Shown here: one piece after another, positions 8,710-17,243 of the stretch
Numbering within the stretch: the stretch's first letter is position 1
Layout of the letters: each line of letters opens with the position of its first letter
Source of the DNA: a virus
Length of the DNA stretch: 41,092 bases
Virus record (IMG/VR): IMGVR_UViG_3300024984_000002
Strand: one strand, 5' to 3'
Translations under genes and position numbers: made by a program
The notes under the pieces: model-generated
The model's input: the letters and a program-made list of their open reading frames with translations, nothing else
Database searches by the model: none
What the model was told of the DNA's origin: nothing

Positions 8710-9956
8710 TAATTCTCACCTCCCTTCCCATATTGCTGCCCTACTTGTCCAACGGGAATATAGTTACCGTTTGTCATTAATACATCCCCACCTTCCTCAG
8801 CTGGCAAGTCAAGATAGCCTCTTGCTTCATTTGGAGTGTATATGGCATTGTTAACACCTTTGGCCAATGCTTCCATCTGTGACTTGATATCGGCTCTCAA
8901 AATGACGTTTACGTTGAACTTAAAGAAGTACCCTTGGTTAATAAGTTGAGAGCTTAATGTTTTATAAGTGATTTCTTCCTCATACTGCTTCAAGATGTAC
9001 AAAAGAGTGTCAACATAAAAAGCCAAGTTCTGCGCCTCTGCTGATGCGTAACTTGACTTCTCATAATCATTTATTTGATTAGGTTTGATTCCGAATGCTG
9101 CAGCAATTTGTAAGGCTGAATATTTCTTAAGCTCGATAAACTGACTATCGGTAAGCTTAATATCCATTGGTACTATTCTCATACCAAGTGGCACAGGAAT
9201 GATTTTCCCTGCATTCTTTGAACCGTTAGCAAACTCTTCAAATCCTTTAACTAGTCGCTCTTTTGCCCCTGCATCCAAGTCCCCTGTATATTCCAGGACT
9301 GCTTTACCTGTTAAACCATTTTTATAAAGGTTGTTCATGAACCTCTGACTTTCAAGGCTACCTTCCACAGTAGCAGAAAGAATTTCTTGAACCGGAATAC
9401 CTGTAATCCCATCAAAGGTAGATGAAGTCTTAAAGTGCATAACCTCTTCATTTGAAAAAACATAGAGCCTACCTGTTTTAGGATCATTATATTGATACCA
9501 AATTTTATTCTTCTCTCCAAAGTATCCTGCATTATCAACTAAGATATTTACATTGCTACTTTGCATAATCCACATATCCTGTAAAGTTGGTCCTCTATAA
9601 CGACACCAAACATAAGCATTCCCATAATGGTTTCGATTCATTTCAACCGTAGACCAAAAAACCGCACTGGTTGTATATGGATTCGGTCTAAGTTTAAGTA
9701 TGTTATATGCTTCTGATTTATCGCTTTTTACAATTCCTTTATCTGTTGCTTGGTGCATCTTTAATGGAAGCTTTCCTAAACTTTCAGCAAGGATTTTCAT
9801 ACAAGCAAAATAAGTAGCCTCTGACAACTTGTCATAAGGTGTTTTCGGGTCAATCCCTAGATATTCGAGCAATTTGTTTACGTTCATACTAAGTGATACG
9901 GAATTACTATTCTTAAAAAAGAAGTTCTTTAGCCATTTGAACACGCTGTTTCTCAC
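8709..9956 (-). CDS. Portal protein, HK97 family
   Basis: 415 aa, directly downstream of the large terminase, with size and composition typical of Phage_portal. Confidence 0.85.
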   Translation of the reverse strand: MRNSVFKWLKNFFFKNSNSVSLSMNVNKLLEYLGIDPKTPYDKLSEATYFACMKILAESLGKLPLKMHQATDKGIVKSDKSEAYNILKLRPNPYTTSAVFWSTVEMNRNHYGNAYVWCRYRGPTLQDMWIMQSSNVNILVDNAGYFGEKNKIWYQYNDPKTGRLYVFSNEEVMHFKTSSTFDGITGIPVQEILSATVEGSLESQRFMNNLYKNGLTGKAVLEYTGDLDAGAKERLVKGFEEFANGSKNAGKIIPVPLGMRIVPMDIKLTDSQFIELKKYSALQIAAAFGIKPNQINDYEKSSYASAEAQNLAFYVDTLLYILKQYEEEITYKTLSSQLINQGYFFKFNVNVILRADIKSQMEALAKGVNNAIYTPNEARGYLDLPAEEGGDVLMTNGNYIPVGQVGQQYGKGGEN

Positions 9957-9960
9957 CTCC

Positions 9961-11658
9961 TTACCAGCCCATCATTTTGAGATAGTCTTCGGTTGTTTTA
10001 TTTATGTCAATGGAGGAATCCAGCAACATTGTTCTTACGTGTGAGTTAATGGTTGCTGCAGCAGGGTCAATACGTTCGGTTGATTTAGATTTATCGAGCA
10101 TAATATTTTCATTAGCATCCATTCTAGTTACAGCGTTTGCCATTGCTAATGTTAAGACCGGGCTTTCATCATGCTCTACATTACCTTGATATACTTGTTC
10201 TCTAAAATCTTTGGTTGCTGCACCAAGGGTAGCTATTCCCTGTCTAATTTCCACAACTACATAACCTTCATTCTCCATATCCTGCATAAACTGAGTAGCG
10301 TTCCAAGGATCCGCACATATCTCTTTAATTTTAAAGTCGAATGTTTTAGATTTCTCTTTGATAAAAGCTTTAATATATGAGTAATCAACAACCGCACCTG
10401 GAGTGGCTGTTATCCATTTTTGATGTGCCCATAATTGATAATGTGCTTTATCGGTTCTGGCCCTTTGCGATAACGTATCATCTGGCATAAAACTGTGATT
10501 CTTAATAAGGTACTTTCCGTCTTTTTTAATTTCAAAGTTTACGCTCGTTAAGTCGATTTTTGCTGATAAATCGATACCAACGTAAACTTCTTGTCCCCGG
10601 AATTCTTCCCAATTGATTTTCCTTCCGCACTTAGCCCACTTGGACATATCCATGTAACCGTTTGGTTTCTGGTCCACCCATCTATTCATCCTTTTGGTTA
10701 AAAATGACCGCATTTTTTCAGGGTTATCTAATGCTATTTTCAAGTCACTTCTAAGCTTTTTAATACCAGCTTCATACGTTGCTACAATTGGATTTGCTTT
10801 AATCCAAACGGATTCATCCTTAATGTCATCCTCTTCATCCAGCTCACAGATGATAATAAAGTACTCGTCATTATCTCTTGGATCATTAGGGTCTAATACT
10901 CCTGAGCAATACTTATATTCCTTATAGCATGGTCCATTAATGTTGAATCCGCTAGTTGTAATAATGAACATTAATGTGTTTTCACGTGCACCCATCCCTG
11001 AATCAATTACATCGTAGATTTCAGAAGTGTCGTGAGCATGGTATTCATCTACAATTCCTAAACTCGGGTTGGTACCATCACCTGTTTTCTTGGCTTCTTT
11101 AGACAAAGGAACAATGATTGAACCACTTTTAAGATGTGTAATCTTTCCATATGCTTCTTTAAACTTCCCTTTAAGCATTGGGCAGGCTTCTAGTTGTTTG
11201 TTGATGTCGTTGTAGACAAGACTGGACTGTTGCCTATCCCAACCAGCTATATAACACTCTTCTTGCTGATCGCTCAGAAAGGTAATGTAAGAAGCAACTA
11301 TTGCAAGGAATTGTGATTTAGCATTCTTACGTGCAAGTTCGATAAACACTCTTAGAAAACGTCGTTTATTAGTGGCTTTATTCAAGAAACAAAAGATGTT
11401 AGCTCCCACAAATAACTGAAAGTCGGTTAGTTCAATGTATTGACCAGCTAACACACCCTTAAAGTGTTTAAACTGTTTAGCCCATTCGTAAAAGTCATAC
11501 AGTTGATCAATGTCAAAATAAAAAGAGCACTCATCTTGCTGAGTCCTCTCAAGGTCTTTTAAAAATCGTTCACAAGCCCACTTGTGCTTTTTACAAGCTG
11601 GAATAGTTCCATCCAAAATGTCATTTACATATTGGAGGACTCTCTCACCAAGATTCAT
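9961..11658 (-). CDS. terL: Terminase large subunit
   Basis: 565 aa. It has a Terminase_1-like ATPase region (...ARKNAKSQ...; GIVDEYHAHD Walker B-like) and a nuclease C-terminus. It overlaps terS by 4 nt. Confidence 0.9.
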   Translation of the reverse strand: MNLGERVLQYVNDILDGTIPACKKHKWACERFLKDLERTQQDECSFYFDIDQLYDFYEWAKQFKHFKGVLAGQYIELTDFQLFVGANIFCFLNKATNKRRFLRVFIELARKNAKSQFLAIVASYITFLSDQQEECYIAGWDRQQSSLVYNDINKQLEACPMLKGKFKEAYGKITHLKSGSIIVPLSKEAKKTGDGTNPSLGIVDEYHAHDTSEIYDVIDSGMGARENTLMFIITTSGFNINGPCYKEYKYCSGVLDPNDPRDNDEYFIIICELDEEDDIKDESVWIKANPIVATYEAGIKKLRSDLKIALDNPEKMRSFLTKRMNRWVDQKPNGYMDMSKWAKCGRKINWEEFRGQEVYVGIDLSAKIDLTSVNFEIKKDGKYLIKNHSFMPDDTLSQRARTDKAHYQLWAHQKWITATPGAVVDYSYIKAFIKEKSKTFDFKIKEICADPWNATQFMQDMENEGYVVVEIRQGIATLGAATKDFREQVYQGNVEHDESPVLTLAMANAVTRMDANENIMLDKSKSTERIDPAAATINSHVRTMLLDSSIDINKTTEDYLKMMGW

Positions 11659-12131
11659 ACACGATCACCAAACCGTTTTTCAGCTTCAGTTTCAGGTGTC
11701 TTTTCTTCAGGTTTAGGAATAACTAATTTACATCTTGAAGAGATCGTTAAGCCTAAATCACTCGCGTGTGCACGACAGGATTTTTTGGCTCTATCTGATT
11801 CTATAGAATATTTGGACCACAATTCTATATCAAATTCATCTAAGTCCTGGAGCTCTTCTTTTTTAGATTGTATGAACCTATAATCTTTGTAAGATTCAAT
11901 ATATAAGACTAAAGCATTTACATCTAGATTTGTCATTATTCCGATTTTAACTAGCTCATCAGCGATTTTTTTAAATTCCCTTTTCAATTCCTTAGGAAGG
12001 TAAGCCGGTGGTCGTACTTTATCACTTGGAGCTTGAATCTCTTTGGCCTTCCGTTCATCTATCTCAGCTTTAGTCAAATTCTTTTTTCCTTTGTAAAGCA
12101 ATAAATCAACCGGTTGTCTTGGTCTTGCCAT
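11655..12131 (-). CDS. terS: Terminase small subunit, P27 family
   Basis: The N-terminus MARPRQPVDLLLYKGKKNLTKAEIDERKAKE is typical of P27-family small terminases. It lies immediately upstream of terL. Confidence 0.75.
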   Translation of the reverse strand: MARPRQPVDLLLYKGKKNLTKAEIDERKAKEIQAPSDKVRPPAYLPKELKREFKKIADELVKIGIMTNLDVNALVLYIESYKDYRFIQSKKEELQDLDEFDIELWSKYSIESDRAKKSCRAHASDLGLTISSRCKLVIPKPEEKTPETEAEKRFGDRV

Positions 12132-12241
12132 CGTTTTACCTCCTTTCTGGAAATTTCATTTAGGGAATTTTCTGCGAGGAAACCTGTGATGCGGTCTATA
12201 GAGAAAAGGGCAAAACTTTTCGAATACCCCCTACCCCTGTC
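12132..12241. other. Candidate cos region between HNH and terS
   Basis: 110-nt non-coding gap containing the locally most G/C-rich tract (ccccctacccctgtcc, 12227-12242). The HNH + P27 TerS + HK97 module is the usual context of cos packaging. Confidence 0.3.
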
Positions 12242-12625
12242 CTAATTGTGTCTATTTGACAAACAATTTAACTTTTCGACACTTTTGTTACCGAATCCGC
12301 CGTCTTCTTTAACAGTTTTACTTGAATGACAGCTAGTACATAAGCTTTGCCAGTTAGATACTGACCAGAATAGATGCATGTCTCCTTTATGTGGAGTGAT
12401 ATGATCCACTACTGAAGCTACATCACCACACCTAACACAGATAGGATGCTTGGATAAGTATGCTTGTCTAGCTCTTCTCCACTTAGCTCCATACCCACGC
12501 TGTGCTGCTGTCCCTCTGTTCTGATCATACTGATTATTTAATTGTTTATGAGCTTCACAGTATCGTTCTCTAGTTAACTGTGAACACCCTTGTTTATTAC
12601 ATGGTTTTAATGGTTTACTTGGCAT
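12242..12625 (-). CDS. HNH endonuclease (packaging-associated)
   Basis: Cys pairs and the HNH core ...CVRCGDVASVVDHITPHKGDMHLFWSVSNWQSLCTSCHSSKT. It is adjacent to terS. Confidence 0.85.
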   Translation of the reverse strand: MPSKPLKPCNKQGCSQLTRERYCEAHKQLNNQYDQNRGTAAQRGYGAKWRRARQAYLSKHPICVRCGDVASVVDHITPHKGDMHLFWSVSNWQSLCTSCHSSKTVKEDGGFGNKSVEKLNCLSNRHN

Positions 12626-12665
12626 TCAATCAACTCCAAAATAAAAAGCACTCCACAAGGAATGC

Positions 12666-13037
12666 TTACTCTAACCCTAATCTCGTTTTAACTTCTGCCT
12701 TCGCATATTCTTTCAGTACTCCGAATGATACTTGCCCTATCTCTAATCCTTTGTTTTTGATTCCTGATTTTATTTTCTCCCAAACAGTATCATTTTTAAT
12801 TGAATCTAAGAAGTCATGACCTGGCCAAGTTAAAGAATCTGCATACCAAAGAAGGTATTGGTCAATCCCTGAACTTCTTCCATTAACTAATCCATGCTCA
12901 ACTAATAATTTCACATGATAAGATACCTCTTTAAAGTCGTGACCTTCTATATGCCACTCCCTTATCAATCTTTCTCCATCTGCATGTTCCTCTATATATA
13001 GAAGTACTTTTCTTATTAGCTCCATATCTCTTTTCAT
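12666..13037 (-). CDS. Hypothetical protein, DUF2513-like (winged-helix-like)
   Basis: The N-terminus MKRDMELIRKVLLYIEEH resembles my memory of DUF2513 proteins. This was not verified. Confidence 0.45.
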   Translation of the reverse strand: MKRDMELIRKVLLYIEEHADGERLIREWHIEGHDFKEVSYHVKLLVEHGLVNGRSSGIDQYLLWYADSLTWPGHDFLDSIKNDTVWEKIKSGIKNKGLEIGQVSFGVLKEYAKAEVKTRLGLE

Positions 13038-13088
13038 AACGATCTCTCCTTTCGCTTTATAATTCGTCGAAAAGGAGATTATTTCCTG

Positions 13089-13199
13089 CTATTCAACCCC
13101 ATTCCTATCCCTATACATTCTCCAGTTATGTCCACAATAGAAAAGAAGGAAGGTAACGATACAACCAATATTAAATCCAATGATTAGTCCTTTAATCAT
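13089..13199 (-). CDS. Possible 36-aa membrane peptide
   Basis: Hand translation gives MIKGLIIGFNIGCIVTFLLFYCGHNWRMYRDRNGVE. The RBS (GGTGA) is weak. Confidence 0.3.
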   Translation of the reverse strand: MIKGLIIGFNIGCIVTFLLFYCGHNWRMYRDRNGVE

Positions 13200-13210
13200 G
13201 TTGGTTTCAC

Positions 13211-13432
13211 CTACACGATCATATATCCGACAATCTTAACTGCTGGATTAGCTTTTAAATGAAAGTTATCATCATAAGCATTTAAGTAATATCCAAGTTT
13301 TTCTGGAATGTATTCAGTGTTAGTAATAGTTTCAATTGCTCCAGTAGGTAATTGAACAGCAACAGTTATTAATCTTGCACCATCTACTCCATGATTTAAT
13401 TCATTAACAAATCGTCCTCTTACTTTGTTCAT
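13211..13432 (-). CDS. Hypothetical protein (73 aa)
   Basis: ORF in the operon with a 4-nt overlap to the upstream gene. No family recognised. Confidence 0.55.
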   Translation of the reverse strand: MNKVRGRFVNELNHGVDGARLITVAVQLPTGAIETITNTEYIPEKLGYYLNAYDDNFHLKANPAVKIVGYMIV

Positions 13433-13647
13433 CTTCTTCTCATCGCTCCCTTCTCTCTTCTAAGTGTTTGCATATTCATCCCCATCAGTTCCTTTAGATC
13501 ACGTTGAGATAGTTTCTCTTTCTTTTTAACTTTCACAGGTTGTTTTTGTTGTTCTTTCGTTTTATGTTCCTTTTTATTTCTAGCTGCTTTCCTCAGGTTG
13601 TTTAACTTCTGTATGTCTGCTCTGGTTAAGTGCTCGGAAAATAACAT
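13429..13647 (-). CDS. Hypothetical highly basic protein (72 aa)
   Basis: Lys/Arg-rich. It is the first ORF after the long non-coding leader 13648-13970. Confidence 0.55.
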   Translation of the reverse strand: MLFSEHLTRADIQKLNNLRKAARNKKEHKTKEQQKQPVKVKKKEKLSQRDLKELMGMNMQTLRREKGAMRRR

Positions 13648-13740
13648 ACAATCACCTGCTTCAAGTAATACTTACTTAAAAGGACTGTTATCGTTATACG
13701 AATTCAGTCTCTCTCAATGTACAACTTGGTACATGAGCAA

Positions 13741-13778
13741 AATAAAAAGGCGCTGCACCCTATTGGTAACAACGCCTT
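13741..13778 (-). terminator. Possible weak terminator or attenuator hairpin in the late-operon leader
   Basis: The minus strand has AAGGCG-20 nt-CGCCTT followed by TTTTTATTTT. The stem is short. Confidence 0.3.
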
Positions 13779-13882
13779 CTTTCAGTATTTTGTCGAAGAA
13801 ATACTATAACCAACTACAAATCTGTTTTCCGCAGTTCGTAGTTTAATCACATTACTATCTTATCATGTATTTTTCCTAATAA

Positions 13883-13922
13883 CCTGCCAACCTTCTGTCA
13901 TTTATCTGCCTTTTGTCTGCCA
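13883..13922. repeat. Four TCTGYC motifs phased at exactly 11 bp
   Basis: CTGCC, CTGTC, CTGCC and CTGCC start at 13884, 13895, 13906 and 13917 (GGCAGA-like on the minus strand). Confidence 0.6.
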
Positions 13923-13970
13923 GTAATATTACTTTCGTTCAAACTAGAAAAGTTACTAGATAATAAAATG

Positions 13971-14006
13971 AAAAAAAAAGACATAATACCAATTGGCATT
14001 ACGTCT
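13971..14006 (-). terminator. Intrinsic terminator ending the 4-gene cassette
   Basis: The minus strand reads AGACGTAATGCC-AATT-GGTATTATGTCT (12-bp stem including 2 G-U pairs) followed by T9, 35 nt after the stop at 14041. Confidence 0.75.
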
Positions 14007-14040
14007 CTTTAGATAAGAAATATGTCCAAGTCATTACTTT

Positions 14041-14439
14041 TTAATGTACAGTAACTGTATGGCTATCGTTTGTATCATTTATTATAGTTACGTAATTTAA
14101 CGATCTAAGTTGATCAACTAGTTCCGTCGTAAAATTTTTAGGACTAATTATTTTGAAGTTGTTTGGTTTTTCAAATCTTGAACTAACTTGAGTTAAATAA
14201 ATATACTCGTTTACAATACTTAATAATGTATCTCTTAAATTTGGTTGTTCAAAAATAGGATTTATTGTTACTGTACCAAGGCTGTTAATCATCACTTCTA
14301 AGTCGTTTGATTCATATACAAGAAGGTCAGAGGAAGAGTAGACAATATGGGGAACTTTGTCTTCTAGTTCATCTAAAAAGTTATCAATAAAGTACTTATT
14401 TGTGTTAAATAAGACATTTATTTTACTCATTACTCTCAC
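14041..14439 (-). CDS. Hypothetical protein, cassette gene 4 (132 aa; probable start ATG 14430)
   Basis: The ATG at 14430 overlaps the stop of gene 3 (ATGAGTAA). No family recognised. The gene is AT-rich. Confidence 0.6.
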   Translation of the reverse strand: MRVMSKINVLFNTNKYFIDNFLDELEDKVPHIVYSSSDLLVYESNDLEVMINSLGTVTINPIFEQPNLRDTLLSIVNEYIYLTQVSSRFEKPNNFKIISPKNFTTELVDQLRSLNYVTIINDTNDSHTVTVH

Positions 14440-14761
14440 CCTTCTTTTCTAAGTCAATTAGTATTCTATTCATTGTACTAATTTTCCCTATAATTTTCAC
14501 CTTATCCCCAAGGTCGTTTGCTTGAGTAAAATTATAATAGGACGTGGTTGTTTCCGCATGCATTGTCTTTACATTATTTATTCCATAGTAAAGTGGATTT
14601 CCCTGCATTTTACTATCATCTTCATTATATTTTATTACATCTTGTACACGCGTGTGAATATCGGCTAGCCCGTTTTCAATAAAACCATTGGAATAATCTT
14701 TAATCTGCCTGAGTATATCGTCAGCATTTCGGTAAAATTCTTTTTCCTCTTTCGCGCTCAT
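14423..14761 (-). CDS. Hypothetical protein, cassette gene 3 (112 aa)
   Basis: ATGA start/stop overlap with gene 2. No family recognised. Confidence 0.6.
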   Translation of the reverse strand: MSAKEEKEFYRNADDILRQIKDYSNGFIENGLADIHTRVQDVIKYNEDDSKMQGNPLYYGINNVKTMHAETTTSYYNFTQANDLGDKVKIIGKISTMNRILIDLEKKGESNE

Positions 14762-15390
14762 CCTTTTAACGCCCCAAATCGTTTATTAATTTCTACCTCA
14801 ACTGCTTTTAATAATCTTATAAGTTCTGGTTCACTATCCTGATATTTTTCAGGAGTAGTAATCCCTTCGCATTCTATGTATAGCTTATCTAATAATCCCT
14901 TAAGTTCCTTTGGAGCAAATGTGAGCATTACCGAATTATCCAAGATCACTCTTTTGATATTATTAAAGTCTATATCGTTATTTTTCAATTCTTTATTTTT
15001 AAGTTCTTTAACTAGAGGTATGTAAACAGATGGCAATAGCTGCTTTAATGCCAAATCGAACTTTATTTGTAATTGTGCGTTCCTTCGGTTCAGATAATAA
15101 ATGACAAAAGTAACTGCCGCAGATATTATAGAACTTATTATTCCGATTGGTATCGCTAGCCCCCAAAATGTAATATTTTTTGATTCACCTTTAGTCGCTA
15201 CATTTCCCGATTCACCACTCGGACCTACCTCAATTAATACATCCCCGTTATTTGAAGTATTAATTTTCACTGAACCTTCACTGATTTTTACCTTTACATC
15301 ATCTGTATTAATTTCTGTGCTTCCATATGCATAGTATGAAGGAAATAGTAAAAAAGATAAGGTTAATAAAAATATAACTTTTCCCTTCAT
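14758..15390 (-). CDS. Hypothetical single-pass membrane protein with signal peptide, cassette gene 2 (210 aa)
   Basis: Signal-like N-terminus MKGKVIFLLTLSFLLFPSYYAYG, TM helix FWGLAIPIGIISSIISAAVTFVIYYL and a cytoplasmic tail of about 110 aa. TAATG overlap with gene 1. Confidence 0.65.
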   Translation of the reverse strand: MKGKVIFLLTLSFLLFPSYYAYGSTEINTDDVKVKISEGSVKINTSNNGDVLIEVGPSGESGNVATKGESKNITFWGLAIPIGIISSIISAAVTFVIYYLNRRNAQLQIKFDLALKQLLPSVYIPLVKELKNKELKNNDIDFNNIKRVILDNSVMLTFAPKELKGLLDKLYIECEGITTPEKYQDSEPELIRLLKAVEVEINKRFGALKG

Positions 15391-16022
15391 TATTTTACCT
15401 GGTTGCTCTCTTGACTAGCCTTGATACCTTGAAGCACTTCTTCTAATCTTGAATTAAATTCATCTGTAAACTTTTTATATTCACCAACAAGTTTCATGTC
15501 GATTTGATTATTTCCCCTATGTAGTTTTTGCTCAAAGTTATTCAACAACTGATTCATTAGGTTTAATCCTGAATTAAAGTCTAAGGAGGTCTTAAACGTA
15601 CTAGAGTCATTATTAATCAAACTCATATTAACTTGGTTTGGTTGCATATCGTTAATTGAAAAGAATGTGTAATTTAAAAAATTCGGCATTGCTAGTGATT
15701 TTTCTGCATTTACAATGTACACGGAGCATACCTTTTTCAACAGTTCCAACCTTCTATAAGCAGTCATATTCTTTGATTTAAAACCCTCGAAGTTTACTTC
15801 CCCTTTCAAAAAGGAAAGAATTGGCATTGTATGAAATCCAAGGATTTGATGTAGTTGGACTTGATAAGTAATATAACTTGATACATTTTCTTCTTTTCCA
15901 GTTAATAATACGAAATTGTTGGTAGCCTGTTCTAAAAATTGAAGATTATTACCTTCCGAAAGAAACTTCAGTGCATCCTCGAAATCAGATAAAAATTTCT
16001 CAATTTGTTCCAAATTATTCAC
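15390..16022 (-). CDS. Hypothetical protein, cassette gene 1 (210 aa; start GTG 16022 or TTG 16013)
   Basis: The RBS GAGGTG (16020-16025) overlaps the GTG and lies 6 nt before the in-frame TTG at 16013. No family recognised. Confidence 0.6.
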   Translation of the reverse strand: MNNLEQIEKFLSDFEDALKFLSEGNNLQFLEQATNNFVLLTGKEENVSSYITYQVQLHQILGFHTMPILSFLKGEVNFEGFKSKNMTAYRRLELLKKVCSVYIVNAEKSLAMPNFLNYTFFSINDMQPNQVNMSLINNDSSTFKTSLDFNSGLNLMNQLLNNFEQKLHRGNNQIDMKLVGEYKKFTDEFNSRLEEVLQGIKASQESNQVK

Positions 16023-16197
16023 CTCATATTCTATTAATATAAATATACCATTTTTTTGAATATTATCTATACCGAATTACTCATATCTTATATTTTGTTT
16101 CATTCACACAAACGCTATAAGCCTTGATACACATAATTCAAATACACTTCTTAAAAATGAATGACACACTCACTTAATATGGTTAATTGATTAAAAC

Positions 16198-16236
16198 AAA
16201 ATAAAAAAAGCTCATCCTACTTAAATAGGAGAGCTT
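16198..16236 (-). terminator. Intrinsic terminator after the small recombinase gene
   Basis: The minus strand reads AAGCTCTCCTA-TTTAAG-TAGGATGAGCTT (11 bp with a 1-nt bulge) followed by TTTTTTATTTT. Confidence 0.75.
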
Positions 16237-16777
16237 AGATTTTAAATCCTCTGATTGCTTTGTTTTGAATGTCTTCATCTATTCCAATGTATCTTAAAGT
16301 AAATGCTGGATCCGAATGGTTAAGTATCTTTTGTAGCAAGGCCACGTCTTTATATTTCATATACATGTGATAGCCGAATGTCTTTCTCATGGTATGTGTA
16401 CCAATATCATCTAATCCCACATACTCAGCAGCCTCACGTAATATCTTATAAGCCATGCTTCGACCAATGGGTTTGTTTATACCCTTTCGGCTTAAAAAAA
16501 GATATTCATGGTCTTCCTTGCCCTCAACATACTTCTTTAATTCACTTTGTAATTGAGTAGTCATGTCAAAACGTCTCTTCTTACCTGTTTTTATTTCAAT
16601 GATGTTAAAGTAAGAACGTTTCGTATCCTTTACCCTTAGTTGAAGAATATCTGATACTCTAAGTCCAGAATTAATTCCGGTCACAAATAACATGTAATTT
16701 CTTTCGCTTTTCTCTCTTAAAAACTTCTTTATTTCAAAGATCATATCTGGATCACGGATGGGTTGGACGAAGTTCAT
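16235..16777 (-). CDS. Core-only tyrosine recombinase (180 aa, no N-terminal arm or core-binding domain)
   Basis: Catalytic signature present: GLRVSD (Arg), HTMRKTF (His-x-x-Arg), LNHSDPAFTLRYIGI (His..Tyr). ATGA overlap with the arpU-like gene. Confidence 0.8.
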   Translation of the reverse strand: MNFVQPIRDPDMIFEIKKFLREKSERNYMLFVTGINSGLRVSDILQLRVKDTKRSYFNIIEIKTGKKRRFDMTTQLQSELKKYVEGKEDHEYLFLSRKGINKPIGRSMAYKILREAAEYVGLDDIGTHTMRKTFGYHMYMKYKDVALLQKILNHSDPAFTLRYIGIDEDIQNKAIRGFKI

Positions 16778-17229
16778 GAACCAACCACATCCTTTTCAAC
16801 GTACTTTTCTACTTTCAAAGCAAAAGCTAAGTTGTAAAAGGCTCGAGCTTTTAAACGGTAATACTTACGTTCTGACATTCCCATTTGATTATATAGCTCA
16901 TAGTCATACACTTCATCTTCAAGATACCTTTTTATAATTAGTTCTCTCTCTTTGTATCTTAATCGATTTATGGCTCTTGTTACCCACTCGATGTGTTTTT
17001 CTTTTGCTACCTCATAATCTATATTTCCAATTGCGATCTGTTCAGTCTGGGAGTGGAATTCATTTGAAAATGATGGAGGTACAAGAGAGTAAGTAGCTGT
17101 CATTTTTGGCATCTTATCTTCAGGAACCGAAAGCAAATAGATTCGATATTTCTCCAATGCTTTTTCAACAAGTGACTTGGTTTGCTCTCGGTCGATTTCT
17201 GGTAACGTAAAGAATAATTGACTCACCAT
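16774..17229 (-). CDS. ArpU-family late transcriptional regulator
   Basis: 151 aa. The C-terminus ...ERELIIKRYLEDEVYDYELYNQMGMSERKYYRLKARAFYNLAFAL is a sigma region-4-like HTH typical of the ArpU/RinA class. It lies upstream of the packaging genes. Confidence 0.75.
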   Translation of the reverse strand: MVSQLFFTLPEIDREQTKSLVEKALEKYRIYLLSVPEDKMPKMTATYSLVPPSFSNEFHSQTEQIAIGNIDYEVAKEKHIEWVTRAINRLRYKERELIIKRYLEDEVYDYELYNQMGMSERKYYRLKARAFYNLAFALKVEKYVEKDVVGS

Positions 17230-17243
17230 ATGACCCCTCCCAA

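Noticed and set aside
700-11883. Other plus-strand ORFs inside the structural block (for example 700..942, 1830..2204, 3285..3491, 3761..3949, 4284..4475, 5196..5547, 5857..6132, 6891..7118, 8063..8586, 10004..10927, 11584..11883)
   Set aside because: All lie fully inside well-supported minus-strand genes and lack Shine-Dalgarno sequences. Their hydrophobic, Ser/Cys/Phe-rich translations are expected from the reverse complement of AT-rich coding DNA.
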